A stretch of 64,000 bases of DNA from Bacteriovoracia bacterium (GCA_050251055.1 JBFWNL010000007.1:64001-128000), one strand, 5' to 3'; shown: positions 9,523 to 19,723, numbered from the stretch's first letter. The notes: a model not told the origin generated them from the letters alone. Program-made: numbers and translations.

Positions 9523-9535
9523 GGTTACATGCAAC

Positions 9536-9562
9536 TCATCGGTGCGGGCGTTCGCGGCTTTA
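9536..9562 (-). promoter_or_regulatory. sigma28 (FliA) promoter of flagellin
   Basis: TAAA-N15-ACCGATGA, close to the consensus TAAA-N15-GCCGATAA. Confidence 0.85.
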
Positions 9563-9778
9563 GGGGAAACTTGATTGATTTCGGCTACTTATAGTTGATT
9601 GAGTTAGTCGGATTTAAGACTGACTAAAATAGTTTAGACTGCGTTTTCAGGAAATTACCGCATTTTTCCGGAGCAAGCTCGACCTTTTTTCGGACGGGAA
9701 AATCGGAAAAAATATTTCTCTCGGATGTTTTTAGGCTCGGGGTGCGGAATTGGGCAAATCCTGCCGATGGGTAGGGGC

Positions 9779-10222
9779 ATGTCGAGAGGTTTTGCCTTAG
9801 TCGTGATTTTCGCCGGATTGAGCCTCGTTTCTTGCCATAGCGAGAAGCTCGAGGAAGTTTGCGCGCGCGAGTTCGTACAGTTCAAGCGTGGCGTGGACGC
9901 GGCGAAGGTCGCGTTCGTTGCCGAACCCTCTCGTGCGATCGCGTCGGTGCCTTCACCGCCTTCATTACTGGGCGAGGACGACTGGGATCGATGGAAAGAC
10001 TGGAGTGTCGACGCCCTTCGTGACGTGCAGGCCTACCTCGACGTCATGGAAAACTACCCGGAACGTCGGGACCTCAAACGCGAGCTTTCCCAGCTGGCGA
10101 ATGAACTCGTGGCCTTCTATGGGTTTGCCGAAAGGCGGGACCGCCAGGCGATTTCGCGTACGGCCTTGGACATTCACCGGCAAATGCAAAGCGTGGAACG
10201 AGGAATCTGCGCCAAGCCTTAG
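9779..10222 (+). CDS. Hypothetical helical lipoprotein
   Basis: Lipobox LVSC after ATG 9779. Confidence 0.6.
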   Translation: MSRGFALVVIFAGLSLVSCHSEKLEEVCAREFVQFKRGVDAAKVAFVAEPSRAIASVPSPPSLLGEDDWDRWKDWSVDALRDVQAYLDVMENYPERRDLKRELSQLANELVAFYGFAERRDRQAISRTALDIHRQMQSVERGICAKP

Positions 10223-10279
10223 CCTGGTTTTGACAATCCTGTGGATTTTCCTGACAAATCCAATTAAGTAAAGCGCACT

Positions 10280-10912
10280 GTGGATGTACTTTTATTAGCG
10301 GGGTCCGCGGCCTTCGTGGGCTTCATTCACTCCCTGTCTCCAGCGCATTGGTTGCCGCTGGTTTTGATCGCCAAATCGCGCAAGTGGAACCGTCAGGTCA
10401 CTTTCCTGGGCGCGCTCACGGCGGCGGCCGGGCATATTCTCGTTTCGCTCCTGGTGGCGGGAGCGGTCGTGGGATTTGGGACCTACTCGTGGGTGAATTA
10501 CGAAGAGGAAGTGGAACGTTACGGCGGATTGCTCCTCGTGGTCTTTGGTTTGCTCTATGCGATCCTAAACTACCGACGTCATCACGCATGTCATGGGCAT
10601 GGTCATCACGGCCCCAATCCTAAAAACACCCAAAAGCCGTTCGCCTTCCTTTTCATGCTGGGCTTCTCTCCTTGTTTTGCCGTGCTGCCGATCTTCATCG
10701 CCGCTGCGCCGCATGGGCCGCACGGGCTATTTACCTCCGCGGTGGCTTTTGCGGTGGGGGTGATTGCCGCGCTCGGCGGAGCGGGGTGGCTCGTATCCTC
10801 GGGCAAACTCGAGCTCGACCATCCGCTGCTGGAGCACTACGCCGACGTGATCGCCGGTGGCGCGATCGCCATCGTCGGCGTGATCTTGTACTTTACCTCC
10901 CACGGTCACTAG
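10280..10912 (+). CDS. Nickel/cobalt transporter-like membrane protein (RcnA/NiCoT/UreH-like)
   Basis: IHSLSPAHW motif, His-rich loop HHACHGHGHHG, SPC motif, about 6 hydrophobic segments. Confidence 0.7.
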   Translation: MDVLLLAGSAAFVGFIHSLSPAHWLPLVLIAKSRKWNRQVTFLGALTAAAGHILVSLLVAGAVVGFGTYSWVNYEEEVERYGGLLLVVFGLLYAILNYRRHHACHGHGHHGPNPKNTQKPFAFLFMLGFSPCFAVLPIFIAAAPHGPHGLFTSAVAFAVGVIAALGGAGWLVSSGKLELDHPLLEHYADVIAGGAIAIVGVILYFTSHGH

Positions 10913-10979
10913 TCCGGTCACCTCAAGATTTTCTGACATTTGCCTCGTGGCATTTTCTGAATTCGGTTACACTTTTCCC

Positions 10980-11663
10980 ATGCGATACCAGAATGGGCTG
11001 CACTTGCTCATCGTCGTGACGAGCTTCGGGGTAATAGGCCTCGGCGCGGACCCGGCTTTCGCCGCGCGCGGGGGTGCCCGCGTCGGCGCGCCGCCAGCCT
11101 CGGACGCGACCGCGACGGCCACCGCCACCCCGTCCCCCGAACGTCCGCTCGAGGATGGGGAAGAGGATTACGAGCAAAACCTTTCAGCCGGTCTCGGGGT
11201 CGGGATGGCGTTTCCCACCGGCAGCGACAAAAAAATCCGCCTTAATCTCGGCTTCAACCTGGGGATCGACCTCACGGAAAAAACCCAGTTCGCGCTCTAT
11301 TTCTACTCTTCGAGCCAAGCTCTGAATGCTGGCAACAACTTGGCCCAGACCAGCCAGTCGGGTGCGAGCATTTCGCTCGTGGGCGCGCAGTATAGTTACA
11401 TCTTCGACGGTAAGCTCTCGGGGCTGATGGCCGGGCCGATGCTGGGATTGGCCGTGGTCTCGGTCGACAACAACGGCACGACCGGCGCGACCATTCCGCT
11501 CTCGGCCGGCTTGCACCTGGGCTACGATCACTTCATTAGCGAGACCTTCTCCGTGGGCGGGGACTTGAGCTTTCTTTACGTGCTGGGCAAGGACTCGGGC
11601 TCGTTCGCTTCCGAGTCTTTCCGAATCATAAACTTCCTTGTGATGATCAAATATTGGGAGTAG
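10980..11663 (+). CDS. Outer-membrane beta-barrel protein (OmpA/OmpW-like)
   Basis: Signal peptide ending PAFA; Pro/Thr/Ala linker; alternating Gly/aromatic strands; ends IKYWE. Confidence 0.65.
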   Translation: MRYQNGLHLLIVVTSFGVIGLGADPAFAARGGARVGAPPASDATATATATPSPERPLEDGEEDYEQNLSAGLGVGMAFPTGSDKKIRLNLGFNLGIDLTEKTQFALYFYSSSQALNAGNNLAQTSQSGASISLVGAQYSYIFDGKLSGLMAGPMLGLAVVSVDNNGTTGATIPLSAGLHLGYDHFISETFSVGGDLSFLYVLGKDSGSFASESFRIINFLVMIKYWE

Positions 11664-11696
11664 CGAGCCAGGCTTCGGCCTGATCGATGACGAAGC

Positions 11697-12677
11697 TTAT
11701 AACTCCTTCAGCCCCGATACCGCCTCTCGGTACTCTTTCGCCAGGTTCTGCATGATTTCGGCCGCCGGCAACACTTCGTCGATGAGACCCACGCCCTGGC
11801 CGGCACTCCAGACTTCCTTCCAGGTTGGCATGGCTACGGCTTTTTCTAGCGCCTTCGTGCCGAGGTAGTAGCGCAGCATGCGCGCGTATTTTTTAGTGCG
11901 AGCATTTGAAATCAACAGCTTCTCGAGGGGGTTGAGACCCAGGCCAATTTTCTGGATGTAAGGTGTGTTGATGACCGAGCACGGAGTACCGGAGACTTTG
12001 AGCGTGAGCACGATGTCCTCGGGTTCGGCATCCAGAATGGCTTTTTTGTAGTTCTCTTTTACTTTGGCTTCGCGGCACGCAATGAAGCGCGTGCCGATCT
12101 GTACGGCCGAGGCGCCGAGCGCGAGGGCGGCGGCGATCTGCGAGCCGTGCGCGATGCCGCCGGCCGCGACGATGGGAATCTTGAGGTGCTTTTTGAGGTA
12201 GGGGATCAGCACGAGCGGGGAGGTGGGACCCGCGTGGCCGCCCGCGCCGGCGCTCACGGCGATCACGCCATCGGCGCCGAGGTCTTCAACCTTGCGGGCG
12301 TAGTCGAGCGTCGTGATGTCGCAGTATACCTTGCTGCCTACGGCGTGCATTTCACGAATCACATCCTTGGGCGTACCGAGCGAAGTGATCACGAGCGGCA
12401 CGCGCTCTTCCGCGCAAACCTGAAGGTCGGCCGCTTGACGTGGATTGCTTTGGTTCACGATGAGGTTCACGGCGAAGGGTTTCTGCGTGCGCGCCTTCGT
12501 CGCCCGCACCGCTTGCCGGAACTCTTCGGTCGTGCGCCAATTCAGCGAGGGCATCCCCCCCACGCCGCCCGCGTTGCTGACGGCCGAGACGAGCTCTTCA
12601 TCACTGACGAGAAACATCGGCCCCGCGATGATGGGCAGTTCGCAACCTAGCTGTTCGGTAAAAGGGGTGTGTAGCAT
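11697..12677 (-). CDS. Nitronate monooxygenase/FabK-like flavoprotein
   Basis: PIIAGPM, GAGGHAG, AAGGIAHG, QIGTRFIA motifs. Confidence 0.9.
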   Translation of the reverse strand: MLHTPFTEQLGCELPIIAGPMFLVSDEELVSAVSNAGGVGGMPSLNWRTTEEFRQAVRATKARTQKPFAVNLIVNQSNPRQAADLQVCAEERVPLVITSLGTPKDVIREMHAVGSKVYCDITTLDYARKVEDLGADGVIAVSAGAGGHAGPTSPLVLIPYLKKHLKIPIVAAGGIAHGSQIAAALALGASAVQIGTRFIACREAKVKENYKKAILDAEPEDIVLTLKVSGTPCSVINTPYIQKIGLGLNPLEKLLISNARTKKYARMLRYYLGTKALEKAVAMPTWKEVWSAGQGVGLIDEVLPAAEIMQNLAKEYREAVSGLKEL

Positions 12678-12757
12678 CCCCTCATCCTACCAGAAAGGTG
12701 GCCGCCTACCCGGGGGGATTCTTGACAAAATCACCGAGAATCCCCTAAATAGCGCCC

Positions 12758-13084
12758 ATGCCTGTCTACGAATACAAATGCGCCAAGTGCGAAAAGATTC
12801 ATGAAATGATTCAGAAATTTTCGGACGCGCCCATCCGCGACTGCCCTGACTGCGGAGCGCCGGTGGAGAAGCTCATGAGCCTGACTTCGTTTTCCCTCAA
12901 GGGAACGGGTTGGTACTCTACCGACTACGGTCGCGCTGGCGGTGGTAAGAAGGCCGGCAATTCCTCGGGCTCGTCAGGCTCGGGCGGCTTCGAAGCCAGC
13001 GCGGCGGCGGAAAAACCCGCCGCCGTTTGCCAACCCACCCCGGGTGGTGCCTGTGGTGCCCCCGCCTGTGGACAAAGTGAATAA
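12758..13084 (+). CDS. FmdB-family zinc-ribbon protein
   Basis: MPVYEYKCAKC...CPDCG...FSLKGTGWYSTDY. Confidence 0.9.
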   Translation: MPVYEYKCAKCEKIHEMIQKFSDAPIRDCPDCGAPVEKLMSLTSFSLKGTGWYSTDYGRAGGGKKAGNSSGSSGSGGFEASAAAEKPAAVCQPTPGGACGAPACGQSE

Positions 13085-13087
13085 CGC

Positions 13088-15076
13088 TTAGTTGCCGCTG
13101 ATTCGGAAGCAAGTCGGCCGACAGTTCACGCAGTTCTGGCCCCAGACGCTGGCCAGAATTTTCCAGTTCCCAGCGTTGTCTTTGAATACGCGGCAGGAGC
13201 CGCCCCCGTTGCCGCCAGCGTGGGAGTCGTGCGGTCCGTCGATGTTATTGGCGTTGGCCTGGTTTTCCAGATGCCCGCCCGTACCGTTCGTCGCGTGCGG
13301 GCCGGTGTCGTGGCGGTACTCGCCTACGGAACAAAAATCCCAGTTTCTGCCGGTGCCCAAAGCCGACGGCGTGCTCAGGTTCCATGTCTTGATGACGGCT
13401 GGCCCGGCGTTGCCGGAGCCATCCATCGGGAAATAGGCCAACTCACTGAATACTCCGGGCGATACCTGATCCCGCGAGCAGGACCAAGAGTTAGAAGCGG
13501 TAAAGGCATTGCCGTTCGGGACAACGGGGCGAGCCGCGTGCTGGACGGAAAGGTTGGTCGGTACCGAAATGGGTACCCCGCTCGGATGGACGAAGTTCGA
13601 CATGCCCGTTAGGTCCAGGCCCAGCTCGACGACTTCGATTCTTTGCCAGCTGGCTTGCCCATTCGCGTTGGCCGCGAGCACGCGTCCCGGCGTGGCCGCG
13701 CCCACGGTTTCCGCGTCGACCTCGAACTTCGAGTTCGCGGCTGCCGGATCATACACGCCCAGTTTTCCCACCGTGCGTGGGGTTCCCGTCGTGGTCGCGT
13801 GTTTAGTGAGGGTGAGCGTGTTGGCGCCTCCACTATCTTTCACGTAGAGGCCGTCCCAGCGGACGGTCACGGCCGCGGGAGTGCTGGAGCTGAGAGCGCC
13901 TTGGTTCGGTCCCATCGCTCGCAGCTCGATGCGCGAGGGAAGGGAGGCGGGATTGGATCCGCTGGCCGCCGCCCATCCGGGCTCGGCCACGAAATCCACG
14001 CTGGTCGACGCGGCGTCGTTCGTCCAGCTGGGGCCCTGTAAGCCGCGGGCCCGGATCGAACCGAGCACGATTCGGCTCGATTGGTTCAAGAGGGAGCCGG
14101 GCGAGTTCCGCGTTCCCAGCGCACGAGAGAAAAGTTGGTAGGCGCCATTGTCGGGTTGGGTAGCGGGCAGCGAATAATATCCGACGATTTCCTGGGAGCT
14201 TACCCCGAGACTATCGGAGATCGCCTTGAAGCCCAGTTCGCTTTCCACCGCGCGTCTCGCGTGGATCACGCCTTCGGTGAAAATCCCAGGGCGATCCGCC
14301 GCCGGAAGGTTCGCGAGATAGGCCAGGCCTTGATCGCGGTTGGGTACGTCGTCGGCGATCGAGAGCGCCGAGACCATGCATTTGGGATTGGCGTTCGGAT
14401 TCCAGGTTCCTCCCATGGCCAAGCAGCCCGCTTGACCTTGCTCGATGTCCGAGCCGCGGCAGCCGACGATCGGCACGTTGGTGCCGTTACCGGTCGCGGT
14501 CTGGACGATCACGCCGAATTGTTTGGACATCGTGGGTGCGCCCACGCCCGTGTTCCCGGCACCCGCAGGCATACGGTTCCGATATTCGATTTTTAAAACG
14601 ACGGCGGTTTCGTGAAGATTCGGACCCATCTGCACGGGATCGCTCACGCGGGCGATACTAATCGTTTGCGGCCGGTAGCCGGTGCCCGCCTGGTTGTTTT
14701 GGGCGATGATTGTATTGCCAGGGGGAAGCACGATGCGGTCGATGCCGGCCGTTTGTGCCGTTCCCATTGAAGCTTGCAGGTTAATACGGACGGGATTGGC
14801 CCCTAGGCGCAATGAGCCCATGCACGTATCCGGTTTCGCCAACGTCATGTTGATGAGCCCCGAGTCGTTCGTTGCTTCGCCGATGCTCGCGAAGCTGCGC
14901 ACGCTCTTGGACGTGTTGTGCAGGAACGTACTCGACGTCACGGCGATGATGCCCATGAGCAAAGCCGCGATGCTTACTTCGAGCAACGCTCCGCCTGCGT
15001 TTGATTTGAGTCCTAAATCAGTCCCATTGCCTAAGGCAGGCGTGTTGCCTACCCGACGAGCCCTCAGAGTCCCCAT
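13088..15076 (-). CDS. Large prepilin-type protein with a fibre/adhesin-like C-terminal region
   Basis: NAG|GALLEVSIAALLMGIIAV (Gly-1, Glu+5, hydrophobic helix); GRVLAANANGQASWQ fibre-like motif; Cys-rich C-terminus. Confidence 0.7.
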   Translation of the reverse strand: MGTLRARRVGNTPALGNGTDLGLKSNAGGALLEVSIAALLMGIIAVTSSTFLHNTSKSVRSFASIGEATNDSGLINMTLAKPDTCMGSLRLGANPVRINLQASMGTAQTAGIDRIVLPPGNTIIAQNNQAGTGYRPQTISIARVSDPVQMGPNLHETAVVLKIEYRNRMPAGAGNTGVGAPTMSKQFGVIVQTATGNGTNVPIVGCRGSDIEQGQAGCLAMGGTWNPNANPKCMVSALSIADDVPNRDQGLAYLANLPAADRPGIFTEGVIHARRAVESELGFKAISDSLGVSSQEIVGYYSLPATQPDNGAYQLFSRALGTRNSPGSLLNQSSRIVLGSIRARGLQGPSWTNDAASTSVDFVAEPGWAAASGSNPASLPSRIELRAMGPNQGALSSSTPAAVTVRWDGLYVKDSGGANTLTLTKHATTTGTPRTVGKLGVYDPAAANSKFEVDAETVGAATPGRVLAANANGQASWQRIEVVELGLDLTGMSNFVHPSGVPISVPTNLSVQHAARPVVPNGNAFTASNSWSCSRDQVSPGVFSELAYFPMDGSGNAGPAVIKTWNLSTPSALGTGRNWDFCSVGEYRHDTGPHATNGTGGHLENQANANNIDGPHDSHAGGNGGGSCRVFKDNAGNWKILASVWGQNCVNCRPTCFRISGN

Positions 15077-15231
15077 TTCACTTGCCCCTGAGAGTCTTCC
15101 GGCCCCGAATACGCGAAAAACCCTAACGAAACATCAGTCTAATTAAATTGATTGAAATAGTCAATTATAAATTACTCAATAAATACATTATGTTGTGCTG
15201 GCATCAAAGAGGTACTCAGGTACGGGGGAGG

Positions 15232-15735
15232 CTAAATTCCCGTGATTTTCACCAAGATTCGCTTCTCCCGGCGCCCATCGAACTCGGCGTAAAATACCTG
15301 CTGCCAGGTTCCGAAGTCGAGTTTTCCGCTGGTCACGGGAATCGTGAGGGCGTGATTGGTGAGGTAGGACTTCAGATGGGCGTCACCGTTATCTTCGCCG
15401 GTTTGGTGGTGCTCGTAGTCTTCGCCATAGGGGGCGAGATTTTCAATCCAGCGGGAGATGTCCCGCAAAAGGCCGCCTTCGGCATCGTTGATGTAGACGC
15501 CGGCGGTGATGTGCATGGCGCTGACGAAGCAGAAGCCGTCGGTGACTTTCGAGCGAGCGAGCACTTCTTCCACGTGGTCGGTGACATTTACGAGCGCGTA
15601 GCGCTTGGGGATGTTCACATACAGGTGTTCGGTATGATGAATCGCGGGCGATTTTTCCACGTGGGCGACGGGTTTTGCCCGCAGAAAACCCGGGCACTTA
15701 CCGGGGTCGAGCAGCCAGTCGGAATCTTTCAGCAC
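15232..15735 (-). CDS. yjbQ: YjbQ/UPF0047 family protein
   Basis: MHITAGVYIND, DNGDAHLK, GTWQQVFYAEFDG motifs; start uncertain. Confidence 0.9.
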   Translation of the reverse strand: MLKDSDWLLDPGKCPGFLRAKPVAHVEKSPAIHHTEHLYVNIPKRYALVNVTDHVEEVLARSKVTDGFCFVSAMHITAGVYINDAEGGLLRDISRWIENLAPYGEDYEHHQTGEDNGDAHLKSYLTNHALTIPVTSGKLDFGTWQQVFYAEFDGRREKRILVKITGI

Positions 15736-15751
15736 CCGTTCCTCCGCGTTG

Positions 15752-16084
15752 CTAGTTATCGATGCGTTGACCTGTCTTCATGCAGAGCTCGAAGAGCTTG
15801 TCGAAGGGGTACATCCCGGTGTTGTGTAGGTCGCTCCAGTTCACCCGGATGGCGTAGCGTCCGACCAGCTCCACCGCCGTGGGCTTCACGGTTGCCACGA
15901 TCGACTCCCGTTTCAGCGTCCGCACGCCGGTCATCTCATCCACGCAGTTGGCGCAGGGGCAGTGGAAGCGCAGCTCGAAGTAGGGGAGCAAGAAGCGTTC
16001 TCCAGTGTTCCACTCCATGAGCATTTCACGGTCGCTGTGCTTTTCGATGCGGTTGGGGATGAGGTCAGCCATGAACTCAAACAA
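15752..16084 (-). CDS. DUF971 family (gamma-butyrobetaine hydroxylase N-terminal-like) protein
   Basis: LRFHCPCANC, VGRYAIRVNWSDLHNTGMY motifs. Confidence 0.9.
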   Translation of the reverse strand: MFEFMADLIPNRIEKHSDREMLMEWNTGERFLLPYFELRFHCPCANCVDEMTGVRTLKRESIVATVKPTAVELVGRYAIRVNWSDLHNTGMYPFDKLFELCMKTGQRIDN

Positions 16085-16221
16085 ACACAGCGTTCGGGGT
16101 CTGTCTATATGGGGGTTATTTCAGGTGAAAAATCACACACATCAGTAATTGACTAAATAAGTAATGAATTATATAAGAGGTGCGCTTTAGCTAGGTGTAC
16201 GGAGCCAGGAAGGAAATCTTC

Positions 16222-17055
16222 ATGAAGGCGACCGCGCATCTGATCTTATTGGCAACGGTGTTCACCGCCACGGCCTGTAGCAACTCCATTCCCGCTCCCA
16301 TTTCGTCGGCGAATTCTCCCGGGCCCACAAATCCCGGGGGCGAAGAAGAATCCACGATCAACAAACCTATTTTCGAAGGGTCGGTGCCGCTCTCCGCGCC
16401 TTCGACGACCGAAAGCTTTGCGATCGAAGGGCTTTCTCCGGGGTTTGCCGAAATGATCGGGGACTGCGCATTTCACCAAACAAAATCCACTCTAGAAGGG
16501 TTCGGTCATGAAATCGCCGATCAAGCGAATCTGTACGATCGTCACTATTTGAATCAGCACTCGACAAAACTGACTCGTGCGGGTGACCAGTATCGCCTTT
16601 ATTTAGACATGAAATCCTTCGGCTATTCCCGGGAAGTCTATTTTCAGCGCGAGGTTGGGAGCGGCCACCATACCGTGTTCTTGGTCGGGGTAAACGTAGA
16701 TGGGGAAGGCAGGGTGAAGTGGGAAGCCGTTGGCGAGACGCCGGCAAAGGAAATCAGGTTTGCCTTTTATGCGCAAGATTCGCTTCCTTACCTTCAATTC
16801 GATACCTTCCACTCAAAACACGGTTCGGGAGTCCTGACCGATACTGGCCGTAAAGCGATCACTTTTCGGAATACCACTGACTTTGAGTTAAAGGGTGCGA
16901 ACCTCGTCGTTTCCCGGGCCATGCCGGATAGAATACCGCTCCATTGGATCTCGCACCCGGTCCACGGCGAAAAATCGTTTGGCCAGCGGTCGGACTATTT
17001 TATCGATGCCAAGGCGTATTTGCAGTGCATCCGGCAGGCCGTGGGCTTGAACTAA
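16222..17055 (+). CDS. Hypothetical lipoprotein
   Basis: SD AAGGA; lipobox ATAC; Pro/Ser linker. Confidence 0.65.
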   Translation: MKATAHLILLATVFTATACSNSIPAPISSANSPGPTNPGGEEESTINKPIFEGSVPLSAPSTTESFAIEGLSPGFAEMIGDCAFHQTKSTLEGFGHEIADQANLYDRHYLNQHSTKLTRAGDQYRLYLDMKSFGYSREVYFQREVGSGHHTVFLVGVNVDGEGRVKWEAVGETPAKEIRFAFYAQDSLPYLQFDTFHSKHGSGVLTDTGRKAITFRNTTDFELKGANLVVSRAMPDRIPLHWISHPVHGEKSFGQRSDYFIDAKAYLQCIRQAVGLN

Positions 17056-17107
17056 GTCCAAATAGAACCCGATTGAGCCGCCGCCCCGCCTGCGGTATGA
17101 CCGGAGC

Positions 17108-18223
17108 ATGAGCTCATCGCAAAAAACGCTTCGCGGCGCGGTTATCGGCTACGGTTTCATCTCAGGCAAAGGCCATATCCCGGCCTACCTCGAGCGTGCT
17201 CAAAAGCAGCAGGATGTCCAGATCACGGCGGTGGCCGACATCTGCGAGGGCCGGCGCAAGATCGCGGCCGAAACCCTGCCTGGCGTGCGCGTTTACAGTG
17301 ACTACGAATCGCTGCTCGCCGGCGAAACCGGCAAGCTTGATTTCGTCGATATCTCCACGCCTCCTTGTGACCACGCGAAGATCGCGCACGCGGCGTTTGA
17401 TCGCGGCTTACACGTGCTTTGCGAAAAGCCCCTGACCACTTCCTTGGAAGACGCCCGTGCGCTTTTGAAACATGCTCAGGACGCCCAGCGCGTGCTTTTC
17501 CCTTGTCACAACTACAAGCATGCGCCCGTGGTGAAAGCTATTCGCGAGATCATCGACAGCGGCAAGATCGGCCGCGTGAAGTCGGTGGCGCTCAGCACCT
17601 ACCGCAACACGCACGCCAAGGGCGTGACCGAATGGAACACGCACTGGCGCCGCGAAAACCGCTACAGTGGCGGCGGCATCGCGATGGACCACGGTAGCCA
17701 TAGCTTTTATTTGATGTTCGATTGGCTGGGATCGTATCCCACCGCGGTCACGGCGAAGATGTCGACCCAAGGCACGAAGCCCGATGGTTCGCCCATGGAC
17801 ACGGAAGATAATTTCACCGCGACGCTCACGTTCCCTACGGGCTCGGCCCACGCCTACCTGACTTGGACGGCGGGCGTGCGCAAGGTCATTTACAGCATTC
17901 AAGGCGAGCGCGGCGCGGTCACCGTCGATGACGACGATCTCCAGCTGGCGACTATCGAAAAAACCTCCGGCCCCGACGTCGCCCAAGGCGCCGTGAAATG
18001 GAACGTCGAGAAGCGCTCGATCGCTTCGCATTGGATGGATGCGAGCCACGTAAGCTGGTTTAACTCGCTTTTTGATCAATTCAAGGGCGCCATCGCGCGC
18101 GGCGAATTCGTGGGAAAAGAAGCCCGCGAGTCGTATCTCTGCATCGAGCTCATCATGGCCGCTTACGCTTCGGCCGCCGATCGGTGCCAGGAACAGCCTC
18201 TTTTGGGCTTGCCCACCGCGTAA
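17108..18223 (+). CDS. Gfo/Idh/MocA-family oxidoreductase
   Basis: IGYGFIS Rossmann motif, CEKP, GGGIAMDHGSH. Confidence 0.92.
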   Translation: MSSSQKTLRGAVIGYGFISGKGHIPAYLERAQKQQDVQITAVADICEGRRKIAAETLPGVRVYSDYESLLAGETGKLDFVDISTPPCDHAKIAHAAFDRGLHVLCEKPLTTSLEDARALLKHAQDAQRVLFPCHNYKHAPVVKAIREIIDSGKIGRVKSVALSTYRNTHAKGVTEWNTHWRRENRYSGGGIAMDHGSHSFYLMFDWLGSYPTAVTAKMSTQGTKPDGSPMDTEDNFTATLTFPTGSAHAYLTWTAGVRKVIYSIQGERGAVTVDDDDLQLATIEKTSGPDVAQGAVKWNVEKRSIASHWMDASHVSWFNSLFDQFKGAIARGEFVGKEARESYLCIELIMAAYASAADRCQEQPLLGLPTA

Positions 18224-18355
18224 TTTTGGGTGGATTGCCCAAAACGGGGTTTTGCCGCCTTTTCTGATCAAAATGCTGGGTGATTATGGCCTTGCGCTCT
18301 GGGGCTCCGTGGACTAATTCACTTAGGTTTCAAATCCATAAGGAGCATTCATAGC

Positions 18356-19723
18356 ATGGCTCAGCCAACGACCCAGTCGAGTACAAAGAAAAGCACGGCC
18401 CGCAACATTACACCCGCCAAAGGGAAGCTCGCGGTTCTCACTCCCGGCATGGGGGCGGTGGCCACTACTTTTTACGCCGGCGTCGAAGCCGTCAAGAAAG
18501 GCATCTCGCAGCCAATCGGTTCGTACACTCAGCTCGGCAAGATTCGTTTGGGCAAGCGTACGGAGAATCGTCATAAGCTGGTGAAGGATCTCGTACCGCT
18601 CGCTTCGCTCGATCAGCTGGTGTTCGGTGGCTGGGACATTTTCCCCGAGAACGCTTACGAAGCCGCGAAGAACGCGCAAGTGCTCGAAAAAGAATTGCTG
18701 GAAGCCGTGAAGGAACCGCTCTCGAAGATCAAGCCAATGGCGGCTGTTTTCGATCACGAGTTCGTGAAGCGCATCGACGGCCCGAACGTCAAGAAGGGCG
18801 CCAACAAGATGGAGCTCGCCGAACAGCTCCGCGCCGACATCCGTAATTTCATGAAAGACAACGGCTGCGATCGCGCCGTGATGGTTTGGTGCGCGTCCAC
18901 CGAAGTGTATACGCCGCCTACGGCCGTGCACCAGTCGGTGAAGGCTTTCGAAGAAGGCCTGCGTAACAACGATCCTTCGATCTCGCCCGCGCAGATCTAC
19001 ACGTACGCCGCGCTGAAAGAGCGGGTGCCCTACGCCAACGGATCGCCGAACGTGTCGGTCGAAATGCCCTGCCTGCAGGAGCTGGCCAACGAAATGGCTA
19101 CCCCGATCTCGGGTTCGGATTTCAAGACGGGTCAAACGTTGTTGAAGACCGTCATCGCTCCCGGCCTGCGCAACCGCCAGTTGGGCGTCGCTGGCTGGTA
19201 CAGCACCAACATCCTCGGTAACCGCGATGGCGAAGTGCTCGATGATCCGGGCTCGTTCAAGTCGAAGGAAGTCACCAAGAGCGGCGTGCTCACGGACATC
19301 TTCTCGGCGGAAATGTACCCCGAGCTCTACAAAGACATCCACCACGTGGTCCGCATCAATTACTACCCACCACGCGGCGATAATAAAGAAGGCTGGGACA
19401 ACATCGACATCTTCGGTTGGCTGGGCTACCCGATGCAGATCAAGGTGAACTTCCTCTGCCGCGACTCCATTTTGGCCGCCCCGATCGTGCTCGATCTGGC
19501 GCTGTTCATGGATCTCGCGTCGCGCGCCGAAATGCGCGGCATTCAAGAGTGGCTTTCGTTCTACTTCAAATCGCCGGTCGTGAAACCGGGCCTGCGCGCC
19601 GAGCATGATCTGTCGACGCAGCTCCTGAAGCTCGAGAACACGTTGCGCTTCTTCACCAACGAAGAGCTCATCAATCACTTGGGCCTCACGCATTACGGCA
19701 TCGACGAAGGCGAAAACGCCTAA
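18356..19723 (+). CDS. ino1: Inositol-3-phosphate synthase
   Basis: GMGAVATT, VWCASTE, ANGSPN, GSDFKTGQT, NILGNRDG, NFLCRDSILAAPIVLDL, FYFKSP; SD AAGGAG. Confidence 0.96.
   Translation: MAQPTTQSSTKKSTARNITPAKGKLAVLTPGMGAVATTFYAGVEAVKKGISQPIGSYTQLGKIRLGKRTENRHKLVKDLVPLASLDQLVFGGWDIFPENAYEAAKNAQVLEKELLEAVKEPLSKIKPMAAVFDHEFVKRIDGPNVKKGANKMELAEQLRADIRNFMKDNGCDRAVMVWCASTEVYTPPTAVHQSVKAFEEGLRNNDPSISPAQIYTYAALKERVPYANGSPNVSVEMPCLQELANEMATPISGSDFKTGQTLLKTVIAPGLRNRQLGVAGWYSTNILGNRDGEVLDDPGSFKSKEVTKSGVLTDIFSAEMYPELYKDIHHVVRINYYPPRGDNKEGWDNIDIFGWLGYPMQIKVNFLCRDSILAAPIVLDLALFMDLASRAEMRGIQEWLSFYFKSPVVKPGLRAEHDLSTQLLKLENTLRFFTNEELINHLGLTHYGIDEGENA

Noticed and set aside
15148-16020. 290-aa plus-strand ORF
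   Set aside because: Antisense to yjbQ and the DUF971 gene; no recognisable motif.
18323-19693. 456-aa antisense ORF over ino1 (similar cases at 2698-3702, 28043-29017, 55998-56948 and 58039-59373)
   Set aside because: Shadow frames expected from GC-rich codon bias; no motifs, and they overlap well-supported genes.
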